Source: Pelomyxa schiedti (Eukaryota > Protista > Evosea). Taken from it: a DNA stretch of 64,000 nucleotides. Position numbers and translations under genes: made by a program. This document shows, one piece after another, positions 12,188-25,300 of the stretch; positions within the stretch are counted from its first letter, which is position 1; every line of letters starts with the position of its first letter. The notes beneath the pieces are model-generated. The model saw only the letters and a program-made list of their open reading frames with translations, had not been told where the DNA came from and ran no database searches. Where the stretch lies: positions 28,361 to 92,360 of the forward strand of contig JAHLWZ010000165.1 in assembly GCA_020536535.1 (NCBI GenBank), read 5' to 3'.

Positions 12188-12754
12188 ATGGCGCGGAACT
12201 CGGAGAAAAACCTATGCGAGTTGAATAGGTTGTGGTTACAACAACAAGGCATGTCATTTGTTCCTTCAACAAAGTTAGTGCTTGCTTTTGTCTATTTGCA
12301 AAGACTAACTTGAGAAAATGGTTTCATTGTCAGATAGAGGAGAGCCAACAACACCCACAACGACCAAAATTGGTTGATGCTTTTTACTCTACAATTTATT
12401 TTTTTTTTTAACCCAGCCCAGAGTTCATTGCATAGTGCTTCGGCAGTGAGGAGATGGATTCCATCTATCAAAGCAGAAATTTCCTTTTGCGTTGATCAGC
12501 TCTCTGGGATACGACCTTACCCGCAGTATAAAATAGACGAGTTCGAGGGTTTGTGTTGTTATGTTTGAGTGACTTAATAATGTGCAAATAGAACGACTAG
12601 CACATCTAGAGGGGGAGTACAAACGATTCGTCTCCAAAGTAATTTGATATGTTACCTTTAAGCTTAATATTCCCAGGCCGGTGCCCTGGACCCCACTGCT
12701 CCATACCTACCCGGTGCACCACATGCATATGTTAGAAAGAGAACCTTAAAGTAA
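12188..12754 (+). CDS. Short Isy1-like protein
   Basis: MARNSEKNLCELNRLW matches the Isy1 MARNxEK start; spliced AVRRWIPSIKAEI...LEGEYKRF. First intron appears GC-AG. Confidence 0.65.
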
Positions 12755-13247
12755 TACTTTGACAATTCCGCACAAGTACCATAAACTAACGAAAACAATA
12801 ACAAAAAAGTAAGGAAAACCCTTCAGGCACTGTTGAATGCTCCGCTCCAATTGATTCGGACTTGCACCAACAAGCTGCAGTCCCCATGTATTCCAGTTCT
12901 TTTAACAATCTAGCAACATCCCCCCAACCACCCGAAATTCTCACACACCAGGACCCACTCCCCAATGTCCATGACAATCCCAATCCCAACACAATCACAA
13001 TCAGCACCACCACCGAGAGCAGTGGTACTACACCTAGCCCCTCTGTGACATTGGACACAAGCCCCACCACCACTACCCACATTGCATCCCAATGCCTTTC
13101 ATCACTGTCTGGCTACACCTCCGACTGATTCCCTTCTGTGAAACTTCCCAGAAACCTGTTCCAAATTTCTTCGTTTGTTCTCTGTTGCGGGGACGACCAA
13201 AAAAAAAAAAAAAACCACGCCGAGAGGTGCCGGCTGTTGTTTACGGG

Positions 13248-15213
13248 ATGGACTCGCTGCTTTCATCGATGGAGACTTTGGTTCCGATCGACGTTGGTCG
13301 TATGATTGTACGACTGGCTGGTTTCAGCTACTGGTCCGATGTACACCACCACTAAACCCAAATCTCTCCCTCACTCCGTGGGTGGCATCAACTGAAATGA
13401 AATGAAATGAAATGCACACCAGGTGTTTGTCAAGTACAATGAACTGAGGAAGAAGCAAACCCAGTGGGGAAAAACCTACTCTGCACCCGCTTCGAGGGCG
13501 GCGGCACAGTGGAGGACAGCCAGCGCAGGTATGGTCGGCGAGGCTGCGCCCAGTTTGGATTACATTCTGAGCAGCCTGACTTCCAATCCTGGAGACACTG
13601 AGCATAGGAGGCAACTTTTTTCGCACGCGCGCAGGCCGTACACTGTTATGCTGCAGGAGTGCGCTCTCGTTGAGGTGGCCCTATTTATGTGTTACTTTCT
13701 TTATCAAATGATTTATAGAACGCAAGTTATTGCATAGGAAATAATAGACTATTCTTGTAAGACTAAAAAACCTTGCTAGAGTGGTAATAGCCCGTGTTTC
13801 AACTTCGATTTGCCTTCACCTTTGGGAAAACGTGCCACTGAGATTTTTGTTATCTCTGACTTCAGTGGGGAACTTGACGTGAGATGCGCTGATGGCTCTT
13901 CAGGCTCTCTAATACTGCCGGATGTGAAGCCTCATCCTGTCTCAGTGACTCGCATCAAATGTTACAAGTTTTCATATGGCCCGAAAAGAACAAATGCACC
14001 CCCAGATCATATTACTCTCCAGTTCACGAAGTGTATTTCTTCCTATGTCCCTCACTCTTCGTTTGTTGCAGGTTTTCTACCCTTTTCACTCATCTTTTTT
14101 TGTTTTTTTTTCCCCAACACCTCTTCTGTAACAGTTGTTGCTGCTGATGTAGAGGCTGTAGAGCAAATCAAAAAAGTGTTTACGAGACGCAAACTGCTAA
14201 AATTCTTACCGCATGTTTGTTATTCACAGAATGCTCTGTCAATAACCCCCAGAAAATTTCAAATAGGTTAAGAAATCTATTGAGGCTGCCCCACTAGAAA
14301 TGGTCATGGAATGCAAGCTGCAGTGTCTGAGTGATTTACCACTCTTTATCTACAACAAAATACTTGAAGAGTATGAAAAAGCTTTACCAAACCTCTCGAG
14401 CCTTGTAAGGAATAAAGTTTCCTTCTCTCAGACACAGTCATCACCTGCTCTACCTTTTAGCAACCAGTTTCTCAGCAGCACCAAAACTGAGCGCATTTTC
14501 CAATCTCCCCCTACCGAAATTCAATTATTCACTGTTAACGGTACAATTTCTCCCCTTGGTATGCTTTTTTTTTAACAAAAAACCTTATATAGACTCCTAC
14601 GCTGTCACTCTGAGAGCAGATGGCACCTGCAGAATAGGACATACTACTACCAAAGCTTTCAAATATGTAAGAGATTAATGTGGTATACCACTTAAAGTAA
14701 GATCTCCTAGACCCTTATTAGTCAGGACATCAATGAAGGCACATGGAGATCACTCCCCCCCCTTACCAATTCCACGCTTGAAATAGACATGAGGTTCATT
14801 GCACTCCTAACTGCCGAGGGTGGCATACGGTTTGTAATACAAACCCCCAAAAACTTTCAATCCCTCTCAACAAGTAACAAAACACCAGATTCTCCAAGAT
14901 TGCTGATGGTGCCGATGTTACCATAAATAATAAGCAAGTGGTCAATACGCTGAGGGCGCTAATCACCGCCATCCCCGCGACTCCTCCAAAAACAGATAAT
15001 AGATTCACCTACTCACTGGCTTTCCAGCCTTCATCAGTTCCAGTGACTTTGCCGGAGGTTCCCAGGGCGGAATTGACGAATCCAACCTGGCCTGTGAGTT
15101 CCAAGAAACCACCTACCACTACAACAACAATTGTTGCAAGTGTGAATGTGGCTGACATGTTGAAAACCCTTCTGGAACCAACCACTTGGATTGCTCCTTT
15201 CTTCATGGTGTAA
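13248..15213 (+). CDS. Hypothetical multi-exon protein
   Basis: Chain of + strand ORFs (13092, 13423, 13810, 14300, 14938) separated by GT-AG introns; no recognised domain. Confidence 0.55.
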
Positions 15214-15303
15214 ACTACGCACAATGATAAATTTTAAACATTCTTCTTTTTCCTTGTCAAGTTTTACAATAACATTACCTCATAAACAGAGGTCTTGTGT
15301 TCC

Positions 15304-17311
15304 TTAGAAGGCAATGATAAAAGTCATGAAGCACAGGAGTGCAAGCTGAACGTGGGGGAGAGAAGAAACAGCCATACTAGTGGAGGGTGTGTGGGAGGTA
15401 CTGTCACTTGGGCTTGGGGGAACCCAGCCGGAAGCTGAATGTAAGCCTTCCTATTGGGTGAATGGGTCCCTAATCAAAAACGCATTGGGGGAAAAACTTA
15501 CTACAACAGGGTCACTGCATTCGGCAAGGCTGGGGCGTGTAGGAGAAAGAATGAGTTCGATATCTGCACGGTGTTTTGGTGGGAATAAGTATTATTGTCA
15601 GTTGGGGTGAAAAAACCGTCCAACCAGAGTTCCACGGTATTGCCGGAATTCTACTTGTTTTGGTTTTTCTTAGTGTTCATTTTATTGGGTTTAGTGTAAC
15701 CTGAAAATAGACAGTATTTATGAAGTCTGGACAATTAATGACTGTCAAGTTGAGTTCAAAAAGTTGCCAAGAACTGGTGAGAGTTGTAAACAACGCTGTG
15801 TCACTGATTATGGAATCTAGATTATCATGCAGAGTCACCATCAGTGACTCAAACGACCCCGTCACTCGCGCCCAGAATTGAAGTGTATCAAATTGGTTCC
15901 TTGATTACTTAAGATAAGTGCTTTAAAGGGTTTGCTCACCTTGTGGCAGGGATATTGGTACCAATGTTAATTCCGTCCCAGGCGTCGAAGTTGAGGTCCA
16001 GAGAAGATGTTCCGGAATGCTTTGTTGAAGTGTCAATCGACCCAAGACTGCCCCATTTTTCCCAGGGCCCTGGTGGTCGGTAAAGAGTAGACAAGTATTG
16101 AATTTCTATGTACCTTCAAAGTCGTCATCAAACAGAATTCCGAAGTTGTTTGGCGGTTCACAGCACTCTGGAGAGCTTCCCCCAAACCCGTAGGGTACTT
16201 GATCAAACTGACTGGGACCATCCACAACAGCACCGCCAATCACCTCATTTACAATCACAGTGATTTGTTGGCCTGTCAGTGAGGTGACACGAACGTGAAG
16301 TGGAGTTGTAGTATTGAATCCATCTCCGTTTGGGTGAACTTCAAATTCATTCCATTCCTTTTTTTCAGAGTAAAAAGATGGAAAAACCCCAGAAAAGGAG
16401 ACAAAGAGGGCATAATTAAAGGCAAACCTGACGAGGTATTGTTTCCCAAGCATCTGTTCCTCCATGTTGAGAAACCTCCAGAGAAAGGACTCCGACACGA
16501 TGATTAACAACTGTGAACGCAGTATAGTACTCAGAGGAATCCTACTTTCGCGATAAGAAGGGAAATTCCAGAAAAGGAAAAGAAACCTCTTTAATGAGAA
16601 GTTTAATGGGCCCATCAACATCACAGGAGATCATTCTGTAAGTGACATTTTCACTTCCCATTCCTGTCCTGGGGTCCTGCCAAAGAATGAGAGGAACTGA
16701 AGCTCCAAAGTAACTTGCATACCATCAGTACATCAAATGCCTGCGGACTTAGATCAAAGTGTGCATAAGGCTCGCTACAATCCGGGCAGCTGTCAGTTAC
16801 CTGAGAAGGGGGGTTTTTATTTGCATTTATTTATCCAGCTGGAAATACCATTAATCGGACTGCACTGATAGGTCCAACCAATTCATAGCATATTCCACAC
16901 GCAATAACATCCTGTGTGATGTAAACTAAATTCACGGTTATCTTCGGTAGGCTTACATCTCCATACTGCGGCATGAAGTATATGACATTACTGGGTGCTG
17001 CTGTGAAATTATAGCCCGGTCCAGAAGGTCCGTTGGTAGGTCCAAACTGAATTTATGTAACTGTGGTTTCCCTTCCCCAGTATCCTTAGTAACCTGGCAT
17101 TTTCCCGAGGTCTGTGTCAAGTCCACACTTGTTTTTTTAGTTTTTTTTGAAGTTTTGATCAATAGTGGTGCTAATTAGATGACAAGACAACATACTCATA
17201 GTGTGTGATCATCCCCTCAGTGCAAGGTTCCATTGGACGAGAGGGTTCTCGCACCGCGCCCACAAACGCGCCTCCCATAATAACAACCATCGACCACAGT
17301 AGAGGCGACAT
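15304..17311 (-). CDS. Secreted expansin-like protein with extra carbohydrate-binding-like domain and hydrophobic C-terminus
   Basis: Signal peptide MSPLLWSMVVIMGGAFVGA. Expansin motifs ITHYE, ACGICYEL, VTDSCPDC, HFDLSPQAF, YRMISC, PLHVRVTSLTGQ. Then LFDDDFE...LQFWAR...WQLFEL, a Ser/Pro linker and LALLCFMTFIIAF*. Confidence 0.8.
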
Positions 17312-17670
17312 GTCCACAAAAAGCCGAACGGCTGAAACGATAGAAGAAAATCGCGGAATGACGCCGAACTGTTCTATCTGCCGGGCACGGTCACTCCCGG
17401 GCAAATCAGACCAGAATCAGGGTCACTTGCGTTGGTGGTCACTGGTGTTGTGGGCTAGAGGCCCCGCCAGCACCAGACCCAAATGGCACACCTTTTGGAG
17501 AAATAATGAAAATCAGATTGTTCCCCGAAAATACCAAATGCGGCACCCCAAAATCCAAGGAAGAACAACAAACAAACAAACAAAAACCAAACCGCGATAG
17601 CCCACGAACTGGCCCCGCGAGCGACACCAGGAGATCTGATCTGATCTGCGGGATTACCATCACGTTTACT

Positions 17671-19137
17671 ATGACGATGACAACGACTCCACAACACGCG
17701 GGAAGCGTGACGTGCGCTGGTGGTGCCGTGGTTACGGTAGACATTGGGCCGCTCATCGTACTTTCGCCGGTGATTCGCGCCCAAATAAAGAACTCGTGGC
17801 CGCACAGAGACGTCGCCGTTGGTGTTGCGTTGCCAGAAGTCAGTGACGTAGTGTTGTTGAAGGTTGGTTTTCGTTTCCTTCTTTTCCCCTCCCTTGCGAT
17901 AAGGAAATCTTTGTTCTTATACTTGCAGATTTTAGGATTCTGTGCGGATTTTCTCAGGCTAGGAGCTGCTGTTACTTCAAAGTGGGAGGCTGATTTTTCA
18001 TCAATGGAGACCTCTACTTTATGTGAAATTGCATCTGTATGATTTTTTTTTTCTTTTTAGAGGTTTTCCAATGAAAGTCCATGCAGGCTTCTCATCATCT
18101 GCAACTCTCTTCTTTGATCGATGCCAGTTGCAAGGCCATAGCTGCTCTTATTAAGGGGAAAACACCTGCCGAAATTCGTGCTACTTTCAACATTCCTTAC
18201 GATTTTGAACCTGGTTCCGACAGTGTGCCACTTTAGAAAGCACTTTATTTTTTTAACATTTGCCAGTGCCACCTCCCACCATGAGGGACAAACTTCGCAA
18301 CAAATTGATCTTTCGCGCCAGGAGCCAAACCTTAAAGAAGCTCTCAAAACCAGCTGTGAAACCGCATCCAGAACAACCTAATACCACTTTCAGTTCAACA
18401 AAACTTCCCAAACAGCATTTCCAACCTTCACATAAACAATGCAACTCCCAGCTCGTTGGCTCTGCAGTTGAGGAGACAATAAAGAAGACACCAAACAAAG
18501 ACCCCGAAGTAAACCCAACAGAGCCTTCACATACTCTTTGTGACACTATTCTTCATTTACCCTTGACACCAGAACGGAACAACAATTCCCCGAATTGTAA
18601 TGACCAGTCATCTCCACCCCCATCCCCAACTTCCCACACAAGCAACACACTCACGAATGAACCCCATATATTTTTCTACCCATCTCAGTGCACAACGCCA
18701 TCCTCAGACCCTTCCGCACCTTCTCCAAAAGCCAGCTCCCCCATGGTTGACACTTGTTCCTCTCAGTTGAACCACAGTGATACCGATTCTGATTTGGGAC
18801 AGCCACTTGAAAGCTCCTCTGCCAAGGAACATCTCTGTGATATGAGTACCCCCCAGACAAGCTGTTGCGCTGGTGACACTCAGGACAGTGACGAAGAATT
18901 TGATATTCAACTAGAGGAATTTCGCAAGAAGCTTGAGTGGCCTCCACCCACTGTTGTAAGTCCCCTTCTTTAATGTTGTGTCACACCAAACTGCAAAAGA
19001 AAAAGAGCCTCTCTCCCCAGCTGCGGACCGCACTGCTGTCAAACCTGAAGGCGTTTTCTTCTATGCCTAACATTTCGGGGCCCCAGAGCAGCCCCTTGCC
19101 GGTGGGCTTCACTCCCAGCCCCACTCCGGCCATGTGA
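17671..19137 (+). CDS. SKP1-like protein with long C-terminal extension (type II, ASK20/21-like)
   Basis: LPEVSDVVLLK|ILGFC, KWEADF, ASHHLQLSSLIDASCKAIAALIKGKTPAEIRATFNIPYDF match SKP1; tail has RDKLRNKL and EFDIQLEEFRKKLEW. Confidence 0.8.
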
Positions 19138-19522
19138 CGACACAGTGAGGCCAGCACCATCCCGGGATATGGATTTCCCTGAACACAAACACCACTTGGT
19201 CCCTCAGTCCCTCACCTGGACAGTTCGATTTCGAGTGTGTGGATGACTGGTTCTTGATGCTGGTGCTCACCCCCGAACATACCACTCTTTTCTCCAAATT
19301 ACGTACACCACAATACTCTCAAATTGCACCCATACACCCTCTTTCTCCTAGTGCACATGCTTACCTGCATTCAGTCTGTGTGGAAGGTGGCAGTTGCACC
19401 AAAGGGAAATAAATTTCATACTACTTGCGTACTTTTTGAAGAAGAAAACAGTTTTTTCTGTTTAAGCAATGAATTTCCTTTAAGGCACCAAAAAACTTGT
19501 GTGCACAGGGAACAATATTTTA

Positions 19523-22181
19523 TTATTCCCACAAAACACATACAGCTTTATCAGACGAAGCCACTTGGTGGCCAAGAGGGTTCCAATTAATTGCACAACC
19601 AGCCGACCTGAGAGATAGTTAAGGTGGAAAATCTTGAAAGGAGAATACTCACGTGGGTGTTCTGGGTGGTAGTATTTTTTCTAGTGCCTTGGTGCCGATG
19701 TTCCATACAAAAATGGCTCCGTTTGTTGATGCGGAAGCTACGTACTTACCATCTGGGCTGTTTGTTTTGGAGGTTATAATGTGTTTTATTGTTATTATTA
19801 GTTATTGTGCTCTTTTGACCTGAAGCAAGCCTTTGTTGCCACGCCAGCATAGAAGTCATCGTGCCTAGAAGTTGTTACGCTTTGGGTATGAGGATTGGAA
19901 GAGGAAACCTGAACGTAGCGACCTTGGCAAATGTACCGATATCCACTAGGTTAATTACATTGTCTCGCCCACATGATAAAGAGTACTTGGCATCTTGTAA
20001 ACAGTTAGATTAGGGATTATGTGCGAGGCTCACCAGGCGAAAGACAAACGGAGAGTATGTGATTTTGATGTAGGCCATCAATGATGTGCTCAAGTTGACC
20101 TGTATGGATTAGTGATGTGTCAACAGAAGAAAAACAGGGGACAAACCATTTCTCACATCCCAAAATCTCAAGCCTTTATCAATGTGGGCAGAAATGACCA
20201 TTCCAGAAGAACAAAGGCACAAGTCGTTACAACTACTAAAACACATTATCGTTCGTACACAGTAACCCTTGACAAGATCCCAAACTTTTAATGTGCGGTC
20301 ATAACCGCCAGTTATCTATCATTCTCAGTGTAGGGTAAATAGGAGAAAGAACTATACCACTTGCCGGGAGTTCTCTGCAAATGTTCCACAGTAGACTTTC
20401 CCTGTGTGGCCTGTCAAAGTGTGCTGTATGTTGTAAGAATGTTCTCAAGGTTATTTGGGAGAAACCCGTAATTTTCCGTTATTCACAGTCCAAACTCTAG
20501 CGATGTTGTCGTTTGAACAGCCCAATACCAATTCATCATTCGCAGAGATATTGACACTGTTGATACCTTGCATGGATCCTCCAAGAACGGACTTGGAAAC
20601 ACCTATCCAGTTTAGTCAGAATATTAATCCAAAAGAGAATGAAAACCAGTTGCGACATCCCAGACTCGAATAAATTTATCGGTAGAACCTGTTACAAGGA
20701 GTGTTCCAGTTAGGTTATACAACACTGAATTGATGTCTGCTTGATGCCCTTCCTTTAAATCTGTCACAATAAAACGGGAATTAATTTCGATACCAGCAGT
20801 TTTCTTGCTGCAGTCGGAATTTTAACATGGGTTGCATCAAACCTCCTAGGAAAAGTCAACTTAGGGGTGTTTTAAAAAGCAGTACATATTCGCATCAAGT
20901 GCAGAAGCTGATCTAAGGAATACAGCAGCCTTAGGCTCTGGAGTTGGTGAAACAGGAGGCTTAGCAGACTAGAGTCCTGATAAGCCCAAAAACGAAAAAG
21001 GTAATAGAAAACCTCTTGTCTGGCTTGAAAAGTGATGTTTTCTTCATTCATTCTACTAGCTATCTCACTTTTCCGTCTCAATTCTCGGTCTACAAGCTAA
21101 TGGAAAGCACTTCAGAACCAGAAATCCAAAAAAGGTTCTATACCACAGAGTTCTCTGCTCTCAGTTGTTTTGCTTTTTCTTCTTGTTTTATATAGTCTAT
21201 CTGGGGAAAATTAATACCTCACAAAATCAAGAAAGGTACCTGAAGGCTGTGTAATTCGCTCCTGAGAATTGACATGGTCGTTTCTTTTTCCCGTAGATCA
21301 CTTTCCAATTTTTTACGTGCCATTTCATCCTCAGAAAATTGAGACCGTAAGTCAGAAAGTCTTTTATAGTAAGAAATGACCCCATAGTGGGAGATTACTC
21401 TTTTTCTTTTGCAGCGATCTTGGCAGTTAATTGCTTGTTTTCTTCTGTGAGTTGGTATATTGTCTTCCCGTACTCCGAATTCCGTTTAAGTGTGTCAGTT
21501 AATTCGTTGGTTAGCTTGGTGACCATCTGTTGATAAGATGAAGCACTGTTCAAAGTAAGCTGTGCTAAGGATACGGTATTTACTTCTCATTGGTTGTAGG
21601 AACGGTTTTTGCTCGCCGGAAGTTGGCATTTTCAATACGCAGTTGACCAACCTCTTGGTCAAGTGTGTGGTTTTGTGAAACCAAAACAGCTTCGTGCTGC
21701 AGAAGCTCGGTGTCTAGTAAGAATGTGAAAACAAAGAAGACCGAGTAGTAGGGCGTTTACTCCGTTCTATAAGTTGGGTCACGTCCGACGATTTAATCAT
21801 GTCACGCGCCATTAACAGATTGAAAATGCACTGCTTGACCAAGGGAGGGCACTCTATCGTAGCACCAACAACGGGAGTCATGCCAGGCTGTGCTGGCGGC
21901 GTAACGCTTGCGAAAACAGGGGCCACCGTAGGCGACGGCGGCGTCGGCAGTGCACTCAATGCCGGTTGAAGTGATGCCATCTGCGACGACGCGGTAACAT
22001 AAGAAACAGGTTGTATAGGTGGGCTCAGTGGTGCAACAACAGTGACAGCAGCCGAAGCGGCGACGACAGACGTTCCGGTGGTATCAACATCCGTTGGCGG
22101 TCCCGTGACATAAGGCGGTTGCACTGGAGTGGTTGGGATCTCGTTGTTTGCCGTAACACCACCTTCCACATACGACGCCAT
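19523..22181 (-). CDS. ATG16: Autophagy protein ATG16L (coiled coil plus WD40)
   Basis: N-helix IFNLLMARD, long coiled coil ending LRAEN..LVDRELRRKSEIASRMNEEN, WD40 repeats (GHQADINSV, TLTGHTGKV, TGGYDRTLKVWDLVKGYCVRT). Confidence 0.88.
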
Positions 22182-22399
22182 CCACTACTACCTTCGTTTT
22201 TTTTTTTTTTTTGTGTTGTTTTTGTTGCCGTTTCAAGATCTAAACACTGGGAAAACCCCGATTCTCCTCGACTTGCTGGTAGATCGACCTCAGTTCCAAG
22301 CACGGGTAGATCCATGACCATGAAGTACCACAAGAGAGAGGAGACAAATGCATGTTCATCACATTCTGATGATCATTGCACTTCCAAGAAATATAATTG

Positions 22400-25300
22400 A
22401 TGGCGAGTGCGGACCGTGGTGAAGAGGCTCTTGTACGGGGAACAGGCACAGGACTCGTGGCGTGGCCGTACGTGGTGTACACGCTGAGGACCGGGGGGGG
22501 CAGGGAGGACGCCAAGCTGGAAGCCCTGGCCCTCGCCGCCCGGCTGCTGCGCTCCCGGTCTCCGGAGGACGACGCCCCCGCGACCTACTTCCACACCCTC
22601 TACCCCTGCCTCGCGGGGGAATTCGTCGGCGTACCCCCCTCCGCCGCCGCGGCCCCCGCTCGGGCAGCGCCGCCCCCTGCCTCGCCAGCGACGGCGGTGC
22701 TCCTGCGGGCGCCAGGCGGGGGAAGCAGCGGGGGGAAGTACACGGGGGAGAGCGGGATACGGGCGGCGAGGAGGAGCGAGGAGGTGCGGGTGGGGGCGCT
22801 GGCGGCCCTGGAGGCCCTGCTGGACAAGTACGGCGGCCGCGTGGACGCGACCGCGGACCGGTATATGCAGGGGGTGTCGACCTCGCTCGTGGCTTCTTTT
22901 TTGGATGACGTCAGGGACAGCGGGAATAGGTGGGCTCCGTCCCCTTGTCGCCTGCCATTTTGAATGCTTCCTAACTTGCTTTTTTTCTTCTTTGCATTTT
23001 CTCCTTCCTTCTCTTGCTGGGCACTCTTTGGGATGCAGAGAATTGAGACTGCTATGCATTAAATGCCTGGAGAAGCTTCTTGTGAATGTGAAAAGGAACA
23101 ACCCGGCATTTCTAAGGGGGCTTCTACCTGGAGTTGCCTCTACTATGTTCAAAGTCGCAACTGGTGACTCCTTTTCCGTCACTGTCTTCCCTTAATTCAG
23201 TTAGGTGACTACAAGGCAGGTGGCTACATTATCAGCAATGCAATCCGGGTAAAATATTGATAGCATTACCAAAGCTGACTAATGTCTAGGTTCTAGCCAT
23301 TACATTCCACAATACCCTTTCCACATCTACTGATGCTGAAGGAGCTTGGCGAAGTGAAGTAGCCACAAAGTTTCGTGTAATTGTATCTGCACTCTTTGGA
23401 TCTTCTCTACCACATGAAATTCAATCAAAATGGCGTGTGCGCTTGGCCTTGGTAGAAGGTGCTTCAGTATTACTGAATGTGGCAAAATTGGTTGAGACCT
23501 GGGAAACCACAGTAAATGAGGAACAGGGTACATATCAACATCTGGTTAATTGTCTTGTATTCCATTGTTACGATGAAATTGATCAGGTGAGAAGTGAAGG
23601 ATTGCAAAATTAATCTAATGCAAATTAGGTGGCCATAGCCAGCCGAAAGTACTTGCTGGCTTTATCAAATCAGCTTCAACAAACTGTGCAGCTGCCTGGT
23701 AGACCTATCTTCCATAAACAAAAAACTCACCAAACATCATTAAGACTCAGCTGCTTCTGAAGGTCTGGTGGAAGAAGCTCTCAGGTCTATTCAAGCTACA
23801 TTCCACAGTTCCAACCTCCCACCAACCCCGGCACATTTTTCTGTGAATGATATGTTTGCCAAGCACTTATCTCAACTGATTGGCACCCTTGGGTCTCCCA
23901 CATCAAAGACGGACCAAGTATTGTTTTCTAGGCCAGTGATGCACTCACTTAACTGGTTACCTCAAGATTACTTTTGAATTAAGAGGCATAACTGGGTATC
24001 TAATACTGTTGGGAACCTTGACAGAGCCAGTTCTGCAGACTTGTGCACAATCCTTCATAGAGAAACTAATCCAGTTGTGTGAATTTGATCTATTTGATGT
24101 AGTTGCAGAGACTCCATTTCTCAACTCTTCTCGTGGTATGTGCTTAAGGGCATACAGAGATGTCTTATAGTTGTAGTAAGCACTACATTAAGGCTGGAAG
24201 ACGTTACCGATTTTCATACAGCTCAGCCTTTGTCACTTCCAACAGATTACCCTAGAAAAATACTGAAACATTTTCAGTATGGAGTTTGACTCATTTTTTT
24301 TTTTTCATCCATTACAGTGACGAAAAAGTATACAATGCCATCACTGAGTTATGTACCACTTTGGGAAGCCTCCCCTCACGTACTTTGTTTGTCGATATTA
24401 TGTGCTCAATGCTTCATGATGAAAAGTACACACTATCATTTCCTCAGGTGAGACAGTTTCAGGTGTAACACCACTAAAAGTGTCTACCAGATTTGTTTCC
24501 TTCTTACAGGGATTCTCTCAGTAAAGAATCGTAAAATAGTTTCGCACTTCAGCCTTGTTGAGAATCACCCAATATTGCCACTGGACTCAGCAATTAGCAG
24601 TCTTATTCTTGATGCGTGTATCCCTCTGACGGTATGTACTTTTTTATTGTGTACCCACTCAGCGGCCTTTTTGCTAATCAGAGCTGGGAATCTTCAGACA
24701 CACCTCTCAAAGGAAAGCAGAAGAAAAGTTGTGTTCTTGCAGCAAGTCTGGCTGTTGAATGTATTGGCACACTTTCCAGAGCAATGGGTCAAGCCTTTTC
24801 CTCTCATTTGTTGACGTCATTGTATCCTATCTTGCAAACTTTGGGGTATGACTTGAGCTTTTTTGTTGCGCAATGAAGAGATTGACATAACTGAGTGAGC
24901 CAAGTAGTTTCTTCATTGCACAACAGAGCCATGCAAAGAGTGACAGAGTGGAGATTAGCCTTACATATTATCTCATTTAGTGTTATTGCAGAGATTACGA
25001 ACCAGCTGTGGTTGAATCTTCGTGGATGTGTCTCTCTGATTTTGCCAATGCCTGTGAGCTTAAAGATGTACCCTCCTTGATAGCTCAAAACGTGGATTAC
25101 ATATTGAATAATATCCAGTACCACATTCACCACATTGGTAAGTAATAACTCGGCAAAGTAGTGCCTTAACAAAGAGCAGACAGCTACCCGAACACCACTT
25201 TAGTCTTCCGAGGGATTTTAAATTTTGCTGGCGCTGGATTCCTTCCTTTGCTTGAAGACACTCTGGATTCAATTCTCAAAATGTTGGAAGAAAAATCCAG

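Noticed and set aside
12862-13128. Short Pro/Thr-rich ORF
   Set aside because: Low complexity with no motif or splice support; may be real but cannot be supported.
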